64,000 nucleotides of DNA, taken from Candidatus Kaiserbacteria bacterium (lineage in GTDB: Bacteria; Patescibacteriota; Minisyncoccia; Phycocordibacterales; UBA2100). How positions within the stretch are numbered: position 1 is the first letter of the stretch; each line of letters begins with the position of its first letter. Below the pieces are notes generated by a model, which worked only from the letters and a program-made list of their open reading frames with translations, did no database searches and was not told the origin of the DNA. This document shows, in pieces, positions 9,560 to 18,019 of the stretch. The translations under genes and the position numbers were made by a program. The DNA lies in the NCBI GenBank assembly GCA_017134395.1, contig CP070993.1, positions 23,231 through 87,230 on the forward strand, written 5' to 3'.

Positions 9560-10597
9560 ATGAAATTCACGCAACAAAAAAAGACTCATAATAAGATTAC
9601 TCTACTATCTTTCGCAGTAGTAATGATTCTCGCTACACAAGTGCTTGCTTTCCCATCTACAGCAGCAGCTGTTGTTTCGGAAGCTTGTTGCGGTGGATAC
9701 ACCGACTACAGTTTCGAAGACACTTACTACCCGTCATATACTGATTACAGTTTTGAGGATACCTATTATCCCTCATACACCGACTATAGTTTTGACGACA
9801 CCTACTATCCTTCATACACCGACTACAGTTTCGAAGACACTTACTACCCGTCATATACTGATTACAGTTTTGAGGATACCTATTACCCTGCATACAGCAA
9901 CGACTACCAATATGAAATTAACGACTACCAATACGCAATCAATGATTATCAGTATGATTACCCTGGAGTAATCTACGATGATTGGGATACTGATTGGAAT
10001 CTAGATTTGTCGTTTGATTATTATGAATATGATAATTACGACTATTATGAGCCACGTTACTACCCAACATATACTCCATCGTATTCACAGCCGTCTTCGT
10101 ACTACAACAACGTTGTAAGCAACGTTACAAACACGAACACAAACATAAACAATAATACAAACATCAATAACGTTTCAAGTGGATATCCTGTATATATTCC
10201 ACCAGCACAACCACAGCCGATTGTACGCTATTCGTACCCGCAAACTATTGTTACAGCAGCACAACCACAACCTCGTGTTACGGTCGCAGCAGCACGAACA
10301 GGATACGTACACATCAACCAAGTGCCATATACTGGAACAAATGATCTTATGTATATCGCAGCACTCATTGTTGCCGCATTTGGTGTAGGAGCAGTACTTT
10401 TCTTCCACAAATCAGGCGTCTTTAGTTCTATTGAACTGCCAGCGTTTGCAGCACGTGGTACTGGTGAATCTATTTTGTACGCTGATGACAGCGCAGAAGA
10501 TGATCCAGAGAATTCGCCAGCTGGCGAAGAGGACACTACGCTTTCACTCGAAAATGGAGAAAACGGTCCAAAGCTCTCATTCGTAAATCGAAAATAA
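9560..10597 (+). CDS. Tyr/Asp-rich repeat surface protein with sortase-type sorting signal (VPYTG)
   Basis: Signal peptide; 5 x YTDYSF(E/D)DTYYP(S/A); VPYTG followed by a TM helix; TTGACA-17-TATATT promoter at 9506-9534. Confidence 0.85.
   Translation: MKFTQQKKTHNKITLLSFAVVMILATQVLAFPSTAAAVVSEACCGGYTDYSFEDTYYPSYTDYSFEDTYYPSYTDYSFDDTYYPSYTDYSFEDTYYPSYTDYSFEDTYYPAYSNDYQYEINDYQYAINDYQYDYPGVIYDDWDTDWNLDLSFDYYEYDNYDYYEPRYYPTYTPSYSQPSSYYNNVVSNVTNTNTNINNNTNINNVSSGYPVYIPPAQPQPIVRYSYPQTIVTAAQPQPRVTVAAARTGYVHINQVPYTGTNDLMYIAALIVAAFGVGAVLFFHKSGVFSSIELPAFAARGTGESILYADDSAEDDPENSPAGEEDTTLSLENGENGPKLSFVNRK
9698..9892 (+). repeat. coding tandem repeat, 5 x 39 bp
   Basis: Unit TACACCGACTACAGTTTCGAAGACACTTACTACCCGTCA. 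Units 1 and 4 are identical and units 2 and 5 nearly identical; variation is mostly synonymous. Confidence 0.95.
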
Positions 10598-10625
10598 GTA
10601 CACTCTGTACTTAAATAAAGAGTCA

Positions 10626-10669
10626 TAAAACACAAAAACCCGCAGATGAATGCGGGTTTTTGTGTTTTA
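10626..10669 (+). terminator. intrinsic terminator
   Basis: TAAAACACAAAAACCCGCA-GATGAA-TGCGGGTTTTTGTGTTTTA. Confidence 0.85.
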
Positions 10670-10694
10670 GATTGTTTTCTTTGTAAAACTTTTT

Positions 10695-10739
10695 AGCTAC
10701 CCAATATATGGACATCGGATGTCCATATATTGGGTAGCT
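10695..10739. repeat. perfect 22-bp inverted repeat with 1-nt spacer
   Basis: AGCTACCCAATATATGGACATC-G-GATGTCCATATATTGGGTAGCT. Confidence 0.95.
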
Positions 10740-10813
10740 TGTATGTTGCGATTGCATGCTAAATCAAGATATATATTGACAAAGAGGGTACAAAAGGAGC
10801 ATTATGAAAGTAT

Positions 10814-11386
10814 ATGAACAACATACACATAGCACCTCATATAACTGTACTTTTTGTGATAATCGCACTTGTATTATTTGTACTGCCGACTTTTGCGTCT
10901 GCGCATCATCCAGGACATTCATCGTCATACAATGTACCAACGTACAGCACGAGCTACTACGATTACAACCGTGATTATTCGTACCAAAATCAAACACAAA
11001 TAAACGAAAGCACGTATTGGCACTACAACCGTTATCCTTATACCAATCCGTATTATGTAAATCCAGTGATACCACATGGAAGTTGCAACTATTCGTCATA
11101 TCAACAATACACGTACCCGCAGTACTATGGTTATGAATGCCTAGAGTATTATTACCCTCAATACCAAGACCAGTATTATCCAGTATACGACTATGAGTAT
11201 GTGACATATTACCCAGAATATGAGTATCAGTACCAATATTATCCTACGTATGAACCATATTATGAGTATTACTACACGTACGAGCAGCCATACTATGACT
11301 GGGGTTGGCAAGGGGTTTACGAACCACAGTGTTGGAACAATGCCTATTGCAACTATTCTGGACAAAATTACTACTATTCTATCTAG
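10814..11386 (+). CDS. secreted, extremely Tyr-rich low-complexity protein
   Basis: Signal peptide ending FASA; about 51 Tyr in about 160 mature residues (hand count); TTGACA at 10776; terminator at 11404-11447. Confidence 0.8.
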   Translation: MNNIHIAPHITVLFVIIALVLFVLPTFASAHHPGHSSSYNVPTYSTSYYDYNRDYSYQNQTQINESTYWHYNRYPYTNPYYVNPVIPHGSCNYSSYQQYTYPQYYGYECLEYYYPQYQDQYYPVYDYEYVTYYPEYEYQYQYYPTYEPYYEYYYTYEQPYYDWGWQGVYEPQCWNNAYCNYSGQNYYYSI

Positions 11387-11513
11387 AAGCATAGAATGAG
11401 TAATAATAAGGATAAAAGCGCTCTGTAGAGCGCTTTTATCCTTATTATAGTAGTTGCAAATAGGGGTATTTGCTATTGACAAGGATATTGTATTGTGCTA
11501 TTATACACATTGT

Positions 11514-11948
11514 ATGACCTTACGTAATAAGGGAATTCCAGCCTTGGTTGTGACATGTGCATTTGCCATGTTTGCAGTCGCTGCGATTCCTACACATGCA
11601 CAAGCGTCTTCTTATTATAATGGTGGAAATGCTGCTCTTTGTTCTGATATATTCTGCGCTGGTGGCTACTATTATGGAGATAGCTATTATGGCGGAGTGG
11701 TAGATTTTGGAGGAATTGATCTTGGGTATCACTATCGTGAACAGCCAACACGGTATTCGCGCTCTGGGTACAATAGATATCCTGGATACAATACGTATAG
11801 ACCAGCTCAACGATATCCAACACTACGATACACAAACACGAATTATCGGAGTCCTCGTATAACACAAGATCACTTCAAACGTGATTATGTGGGCGCAAGG
11901 AATCAGTGGAACGCAGAAATGCGTTACTGGCAACAGTTTAGTATTTAA
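11514..11948 (+). CDS. secreted Gly/Tyr/Arg-rich protein
   Basis: Signal peptide ending HAQA; GGYYYG and RY-rich segments; TTGACA-17-TATTAT promoter at 11476-11504. Confidence 0.75.
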   Translation: MTLRNKGIPALVVTCAFAMFAVAAIPTHAQASSYYNGGNAALCSDIFCAGGYYYGDSYYGGVVDFGGIDLGYHYREQPTRYSRSGYNRYPGYNTYRPAQRYPTLRYTNTNYRSPRITQDHFKRDYVGARNQWNAEMRYWQQFSI

Positions 11949-11981
11949 AACAAAAGGCACCCAATTGGGTGCCTTTTGTTT
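11948..11981. terminator. bidirectional intrinsic terminator
   Basis: AAACAAAAGGCACCC-AATT-GGGTGCCTTTTGTTT between convergent genes. Confidence 0.85.
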
Positions 11982-13221
11982 ATTGGACTGGTTTAGGGTA
12001 TTCGTTCTTAACTCGCTTTACAAAATCTTCAACGGAAAGAGACCCTATCTTCCCATCGTCTCTACTTTCTAGAGTTATATTCCGATCTTTAAGTTCAGAA
12101 TCACCAATGATAATGGTGTAGGGAACTTTAAGTTGTGTAACTTTATGAGTCTTCTTCCCTAATTTATCTTTCGATACATCAAGTTCAGCACGAATGCCAG
12201 CATTCTTTAATTCCTGATGCACCTGCTTTGCATATTCGATATGCAAGTCTGAAACAGCGAGGACACGAACTTGTTCGGGAGCCAACCATGTTGGGAATGA
12301 TCCCGCGTAGTGTTCAATAAGAAACGCCATTATCCGTTCGATTGCACCAACTGATGAACGATGAACCACGAACGCTCGCTTTTTCTTACCGTCATCTCCG
12401 ATATAGGTGAGATCAAAACGATCTGGCATACAGAAGTCGTATTGCACGGTAAACGCTGTATCCTCCTTACCATTAGCGTTCTTCATTTGAACATCAATTT
12501 TTGGTCCGTAGAAAGCTGCTTCGTCATCTGCTTCTACGAATTCACTCCCACGTTTTTTCATTAGTTCCCGCATAAGATCTTCGCTTTTTTCCCATGCCTC
12601 GGGGTTATCGTAGTATTTTTCTGTATCGTTGCGGTTGCCAAGTGAGAGTCGATACCAGTAATCTTTACCAATCTCTAGTCCGAATACACCTGATACATAT
12701 TCGATAAGATCGAGTGCGTCACTAATTTCATCGATTGCTTGTTCTTCATCTTTACAAATTATATGTGCGTCAGAAAGGCAAAAAGTACGAACCCGTTGGA
12801 GCCCCATGAGTTCTCCGGATTGTTCGTAGCGATAGAGTCCCGCTAGTTCCGCCATACGAATTGGAAGCTCACGATAACTATGTGGGCGCGCAAGGTAGAG
12901 TTCAAAATGATGAGGGCATGTCATTGGTCGGAGCATGAATTCCTCGTCATCAACTACTATAGGTGCGTACATAGAGTCTTTGTAGTGAGGGTAATGCCCT
13001 GATTTCTTGTATAAGTCGAGTTTTGCTATATCAGGAGTGTGTACATGTTGGTAACCGCGGCGGATTTCCTCGTCCACGATAAATCTTTCAAGTACTCGCC
13101 GCATTGCTGTGCCTCTTTGCGTAAAAAGAGGTAGACCTTTCCCGACTGAATTTGAGAAGGTAAACAAATCAAGTTGCTTGCCTAGTTTTTTATGATCTCG
13201 TTCTATGTTTTCTTCTGACAT
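11980..13221 (-). CDS. thrS: threonine--tRNA ligase (short form without the N-terminal TGS/editing domains)
   Basis: DHKKLG, LRPMTCPHH, RYEQSGELMGLQRVR, AAFYGPKID, HRSSVGAIER, C-terminal anticodon-binding domain. Confidence 0.97.
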   Translation of the reverse strand: MSEENIERDHKKLGKQLDLFTFSNSVGKGLPLFTQRGTAMRRVLERFIVDEEIRRGYQHVHTPDIAKLDLYKKSGHYPHYKDSMYAPIVVDDEEFMLRPMTCPHHFELYLARPHSYRELPIRMAELAGLYRYEQSGELMGLQRVRTFCLSDAHIICKDEEQAIDEISDALDLIEYVSGVFGLEIGKDYWYRLSLGNRNDTEKYYDNPEAWEKSEDLMRELMKKRGSEFVEADDEAAFYGPKIDVQMKNANGKEDTAFTVQYDFCMPDRFDLTYIGDDGKKKRAFVVHRSSVGAIERIMAFLIEHYAGSFPTWLAPEQVRVLAVSDLHIEYAKQVHQELKNAGIRAELDVSKDKLGKKTHKVTQLKVPYTIIIGDSELKDRNITLESRDDGKIGSLSVEDFVKRVKNEYPKPVQ

Positions 13222-13242
13222 ACATTAAATGTTAATAGTAAT

Positions 13243-13420
13243 AAAAAACATCCTAGTAAACACGCGACGTTAATCGTGTATTTACTAGGACGATCTACTT
13301 GAGAAACCGCGGTTCCACCTAGTTTTCTAAAACATTGTTCTAGACACTCTTTATATTAGATTAGGCATAATGCGCGAAATGTTCGCCTTTGGTTGGTAGC
13401 CAAAGCAATCTCCAATGCAT
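13243..13420 (-). promoter_or_regulatory. T-box riboswitch leader of thrS
   Basis: On the minus strand, T-box AGGTGGAACCGCG (13320-13308), then a CGTCC antiterminator arm overlapping the terminator TCCTAGTAAA...TTTACTAGGATGTTTTTT. Promoter TTGACC-17-TACTAT at 13451-13423. Confidence 0.88.
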
Positions 13421-13456
13421 GCATAGTATCACTGCACTAATTTGTGGTCAACGCTG

Positions 13457-16400
13457 CTAGAGCGCACGTACTGCTTCGATGATGAAGCTCAATTCGTCGT
13501 TTCGCTTCGATACACGCCCTTTGAACAAAACACAGGTATCAACACTTAGCAGATCACCATGTTCTGTAAGGATTCGAGGAAAAGCAACTGACTCTATTGA
13601 ATCATTTAAATCACTCAGTGTAATAAATGCCATCTTCTCTCCATTTTTTGTGAGAATAGTTTTGTTTTCTGAAATAATACCTGCGATTACTGTTGCGGTT
13701 CCTTCGCGATGTTTTATCTTCACTTCACCAATACCTTGTTTTCCTTCTAGTTTCTTGGCATGAGCATCCAATGGGTGTCCTGAAACGTATAGACCAAGAA
13801 GCTCTTTCTCCCAAGCTAATCTCTGTTGCATGCTTACATCCTTAGCATCTACGAGTGTGATTGCACTATTTGTTTCTACGGTACCAAAGAGAGAGTCTTG
13901 ACCTTCTGGACGTTTGTTCATTTCTCGTTGGTATTCAAGAAGGATATCTACATTTTCGAGTAATACTCCCCGAGTGGCAAAACGATCAAGTGCACCACTT
14001 TGAATAAGAGACTCAAGACCTCTTCGGTTCATGCCACCGTGACGCACTCGCTCTAAGAAATTTTCTATACTCGTATACTCACCATTTGTTTTTCTTTCTT
14101 CTACAATAGTGTGGGCTACATTTGTGCCGAAGTTCTTTATAGAAGTAAGACCAAATCGAATTTGATTTTCGTTTGGAACTACAGAGAATTCTTCATAACT
14201 TTCGTTCACGTCAGGCGGCAATATTTCGATTCCCATCGCTTTACATTCCACAATTATCTCAGTGATTTTTTCAACATCACCTGAATCTGCTGTGAGCAAT
14301 GCTGACATAAACTCAAGCGGGTAGTTTGCTTTCATGTACGCTGTTTTGTATGCAAGGTTACCGTAGCTAGCGGCGTGTGCTTTGTTGAAACCATACGCAG
14401 CAAACGTTTCGATTTGCTCCCAAAGTTCGTTCACAATTGCTTCAGTTAAACCATACTCGAGGCACCCTGAAATAAACCGGTCCTTTTGTTTAGCCATTTC
14501 TTCCGGGATTTTTTTACCGATAGCTTTGCGGAACTTATCTGCTTCAAGCCATGAGTAATTAGCGAATTTAATCGCAATCATCAAAACGTCATCCTGATAG
14601 GTTATAACACCGTAGGAAGTATTTAGGATTGGTTCCATATCCGGATGCAGATAGGTGACTTTTGAAGCGTCATGTTTTCTTTCTACATAGCTAGGAATGA
14701 ATTCCATCGGACCAGGACGGTAGAGCGCCACCATCGCATTAATATCGTGAATGACCGAAGGACGTAGTTCAACTAACCATTTGGTCATTCCAGCGCTTGC
14801 CATTTGGAACACTCCCATCGTTTGTCCTTGTGCGAGCATCTCATACGTTTCGGGGTTATCGAGTGGAATAGTATCCGGATCAATTTCAATACCTTGTATC
14901 TTTTTTACTCGCTTAATTGAGTCTGCAAGAACCGCCAAGTTTTTAAGACCAAGAAAGTCGAACTTTAAAAGCCCGGCGTCTTCTACGGCATGCATATCGT
15001 ACTGAGTTACTGTCTTACCGCCTTTTGGGTCGAGTTGGATAGGTACAAAGTCCAATAGTGGGGTGGGTGATATAACCACTCCGGCGGCGTGTACTCCCAT
15101 GTGTCTCGCGTTTCCTTCGAGCTTCTTTGCAAGGTCGATAATCTCCTTTGTTTCAGAATCTTCTGTGTACGCTTGCTTTAATTCTGGTTCCATCTCGAGT
15201 GCTCGGGCGAGTGTCATAGGAAATCCTTGGGCCCCAAAAGGAATAAGTTTTGCAAGACGATCACCGACGTTGTATGAGTACCCTAAACCTCTAGCAACGT
15301 CACGTACAACAGCGCGTGCTGCCATGGTTCCAAAAGTTCCAATTTGAGCTACGTGGTCGGTGCCATACTTTTCACGCGCATAGTCGATAAGGTCATCACG
15401 ACGGTTATCAGCAATGTCCATATCGACATCAGGTGCTGACGGTCGTTCGGGGTTTAGGAAACGCTCAAAAGGAAGATTGTAATCAAGGGGGTTAATGTTC
15501 GTTATGTTTGTGAGGTATGACACTAGTGAGCCAGCGGCTGAACCACGTGTGTTGGTAAAGATTCCCATTCTTTTTGCGTTGAGAAGAAGGTCAGAGACCA
15601 CAAGGAAGTATGGTGAGTAACCCTTTGTCTTTATAATATCGAGTTCGTACTCAATGCGTTCCTTTACTTCATCAGTCTCCTCCATGTTGCGAGTAGGAAT
15701 ACCTTCGTAGGCTACTTTGCGAAGCATGTCGTCGTAGTTACTCCCTTTGTCTGTTGGATAGTTTGGGAATACCCAATTACCAAGCTCCAGCTGCACATCA
15801 CAGCTTTCTGCGATTTTTACAGTATTTGCTAGAGCTTCGGGATATTTTTTGAAATACGTCTTTGCTGTCTTTTGGTTAATGAAAGAAAAGTCCTCTGGTC
15901 GGTCAGCTTCATCTCCCATAAGACTCGTACCACTTTGGATTTTTCGAGCAAGTTCTCTGGCAAGGTTATCTTCGTGCTTCATATAATACACATCTTGTGC
16001 GGCAACGAGAGGCACATCGTTTGTTTGTGATAGCTCGACAATACGTTCTTGAAGTTCTTGATGATCAGGAATTTCTGGGTGATGCGTCAGTTCTAGGTAC
16101 AGATTTTCACCAAATACTTTTTTGTACCACTCAAGGCGTCCTGTTGCTTTTTCAGTGTCATGGTCGCGTAACGCGTGAGAGACTGGAGACGCAAAAGAGG
16201 GAAGTATGGCTATAAGACCTTCACTATTTTGCTCTATAAGTTCTTGGTCGATACGAGCTCGATAGTAAAAACCTTCTGTGTTTGAGAGTGTAACTAATTT
16301 AATAAGGTTGTCGTAGCCTTTCTTGTTTTTGGCGAGTAATACAAGGCGAGAGGTGCGGTTGTCTATACGGTGTTCTTTGTCGTGACGAGTACGCGGCGCA

Positions 16401-16612
16401 ACAAAGAAGTCAACACCTATGATGGGTTTTATTTCTGCTTTTTTACAGGCTTTGTAGAAGTCGATTACACCGTAGAGGTTTCCGTCATCGGTAAGTGCAA
16501 GTGCCGTTTGCCCATCTTTTTTTGCAGCATGTACAAGCTCAGGGATTTTAGGCAACGCATTGAGTAGCGAAAGATGACTGTGTACGTGTAAATGAATAAA
16601 GTCAGCGCTCAT
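13457..16612 (-). CDS. dnaE: DNA polymerase III alpha subunit
   Basis: PHP motif HLHVHS, RGSAAGSLV, FERFLNPER, PDVDMD, YGFNKAHA, C-terminal OB fold. Confidence 0.97.
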   Translation of the reverse strand: MSADFIHLHVHSHLSLLNALPKIPELVHAAKKDGQTALALTDDGNLYGVIDFYKACKKAEIKPIIGVDFFVAPRTRHDKEHRIDNRTSRLVLLAKNKKGYDNLIKLVTLSNTEGFYYRARIDQELIEQNSEGLIAILPSFASPVSHALRDHDTEKATGRLEWYKKVFGENLYLELTHHPEIPDHQELQERIVELSQTNDVPLVAAQDVYYMKHEDNLARELARKIQSGTSLMGDEADRPEDFSFINQKTAKTYFKKYPEALANTVKIAESCDVQLELGNWVFPNYPTDKGSNYDDMLRKVAYEGIPTRNMEETDEVKERIEYELDIIKTKGYSPYFLVVSDLLLNAKRMGIFTNTRGSAAGSLVSYLTNITNINPLDYNLPFERFLNPERPSAPDVDMDIADNRRDDLIDYAREKYGTDHVAQIGTFGTMAARAVVRDVARGLGYSYNVGDRLAKLIPFGAQGFPMTLARALEMEPELKQAYTEDSETKEIIDLAKKLEGNARHMGVHAAGVVISPTPLLDFVPIQLDPKGGKTVTQYDMHAVEDAGLLKFDFLGLKNLAVLADSIKRVKKIQGIEIDPDTIPLDNPETYEMLAQGQTMGVFQMASAGMTKWLVELRPSVIHDINAMVALYRPGPMEFIPSYVERKHDASKVTYLHPDMEPILNTSYGVITYQDDVLMIAIKFANYSWLEADKFRKAIGKKIPEEMAKQKDRFISGCLEYGLTEAIVNELWEQIETFAAYGFNKAHAASYGNLAYKTAYMKANYPLEFMSALLTADSGDVEKITEIIVECKAMGIEILPPDVNESYEEFSVVPNENQIRFGLTSIKNFGTNVAHTIVEERKTNGEYTSIENFLERVRHGGMNRRGLESLIQSGALDRFATRGVLLENVDILLEYQREMNKRPEGQDSLFGTVETNSAITLVDAKDVSMQQRLAWEKELLGLYVSGHPLDAHAKKLEGKQGIGEVKIKHREGTATVIAGIISENKTILTKNGEKMAFITLSDLNDSIESVAFPRILTEHGDLLSVDTCVLFKGRVSKRNDELSFIIEAVRAL

Positions 16613-16711
16613 GTCTGGATAGTATAACAAATCGGTATTCTATAGGTACTTCTTCTGTTCTTGCGATATGGTATGAATTTTGCTCTACTAGATAGTGGAA
16701 GGAGAAAGTCA

Positions 16712-16846
16712 ATGATTCCAGGATTTAAGTGGATGTGGGAGTTTCTTACCGGCGGTAAGAATCTCAAGAAAAGACTTCTTGAGATTCAAGACAGTCAAGA
16801 GAAAAAATCTCACGAAGTACCACCGTTTGATGGCAGGAAAGTCTGA
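16712..16846 (+). CDS. small hypothetical protein (44 aa)
   Basis: AAGGAG SD before ATG 16712; MIPGFKWMWEFLTGGKNLKKRLLE... Confidence 0.45.
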   Translation: MIPGFKWMWEFLTGGKNLKKRLLEIQDSQEKKSHEVPPFDGRKV

Positions 16847-16935
16847 TGAACTTTCCAAACAATTGGGCAGGCTAGGAACATATTCCCGGCCTGCTTTTTT
16901 ATGTGTTAGAACTATACCTGATAGAATAGATTGTT

Positions 16936-17535
16936 ATGAGCGCCAAATATATCATCGGCATAGATGAAGCAGGCCGTGGTCCTGTAGCTGGTCCTATTTC
17001 AGTTGGTGCTGTTTGTGTTGCTGTATCAGTTGTAATTGAACATGAGCTCTTTGCAAAAGGAATAAAGGATTCTAAAAAACTGACACCAAAGCGGAGGAAC
17101 GTACTGTTTGATTGGATTCATCAAAATGACAATCTACGACAAGGTGTCGGGTTGATTGGTTCTGATGTAATAGATGCGCAAGGTATTGTTCCGGCAACTC
17201 GTTTGGCAATGGAGAGTGCTATTGAGCAGGTTCTTCCAGGCGGGTGCAGTATGGATGATATCACTGTTTTGCTTGATGGAGGACTCTATGCTCCTGAAGT
17301 GTTTAAAAACCAAGAGACTATTGTAAAGGGAGATGAAAAAGAGGTAGTTATTGCACTAGCTTCAGTCATGGCAAAAGTCTCGCGAGATAGAGAAATGGAG
17401 AGGTTAGGACTCAAATACCCAGAATATGGGTTTGAAGGTCACAAAGGCTACGGCACTAAAGCTCATTATGCAGCCATAAGAGAGAACGGTATGTGTAAAG
17501 AGCACCGCAGAAGTTTTTTGACTCGGTTTTTGTAG
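16936..17535 (+). CDS. rnhB: ribonuclease HII
   Basis: GIDEAGRGP, KDSKKL, VKGD, ASVMAKVSRD, HKGYGT, HRRSF. Confidence 0.97.
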   Translation: MSAKYIIGIDEAGRGPVAGPISVGAVCVAVSVVIEHELFAKGIKDSKKLTPKRRNVLFDWIHQNDNLRQGVGLIGSDVIDAQGIVPATRLAMESAIEQVLPGGCSMDDITVLLDGGLYAPEVFKNQETIVKGDEKEVVIALASVMAKVSRDREMERLGLKYPEYGFEGHKGYGTKAHYAAIRENGMCKEHRRSFLTRFL

Positions 17536-17595
17536 ATGCCTACTTTTAGTCGTTTCTTATTGCCTTTTTTGTAGTTTTACGTATAATCACTCACC

Positions 17596-17949
17596 ATGTC
17601 AGCACGAATGCGGGTAACCCGCGCACATACCGGTAATCGCCGTTCACATCACGCACTCAAAGAGCCACGTCTTTCAACGTGTGCTAAATGTAGTGCAAAA
17701 CACCTTCGTCATCGAATGTGTCCAGAATGTGGAAGTTATCGAGGACGTGAAGTTGTCGATATTGTCGCAAAGAAAGAATCTCGCATGAAGCGACGAGAAG
17801 AAAATATGAAAGCGCTTGGTGCAGAAATTGAGAAGCACGAAGAAGAAATTCATGACAAACCTAAGGACGAAAATCTGAAGACTGAAGGCAAGAAAGTAAC
17901 TGAAACAGTCAAAACAGCTCCGAAGGCAGAAGCTAAAAAGGAAAAATAA
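17596..17949 (+). CDS. rpmF: 50S ribosomal protein L32 with Lys/Glu-rich C-terminal extension
   Basis: NRRSHHAL...CAKC...HRMCPECGSYRGREV. Confidence 0.95.
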   Translation: MSARMRVTRAHTGNRRSHHALKEPRLSTCAKCSAKHLRHRMCPECGSYRGREVVDIVAKKESRMKRREENMKALGAEIEKHEEEIHDKPKDENLKTEGKKVTETVKTAPKAEAKKEK

Positions 17950-18019
17950 AAAAGAAATACACACCCTCGGTGTGTATTTTACTAGTAGGGTTATGCTAGA
18001 ATCTAATTAATCTGTTCTT

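Noticed and set aside
9698-9892. Regularly spaced repeats resembling a CRISPR array
   Set aside because: The units are contiguous with no unique spacers, are in frame, vary at synonymous sites, and no cas genes are present.
10804-10974. Cys-rich 56-aa ORF after AAGGAG, overlapping the 10814 gene
   Set aside because: It is an alternate frame of the signal-peptide region, and the upstream sequence is better explained as a promoter.
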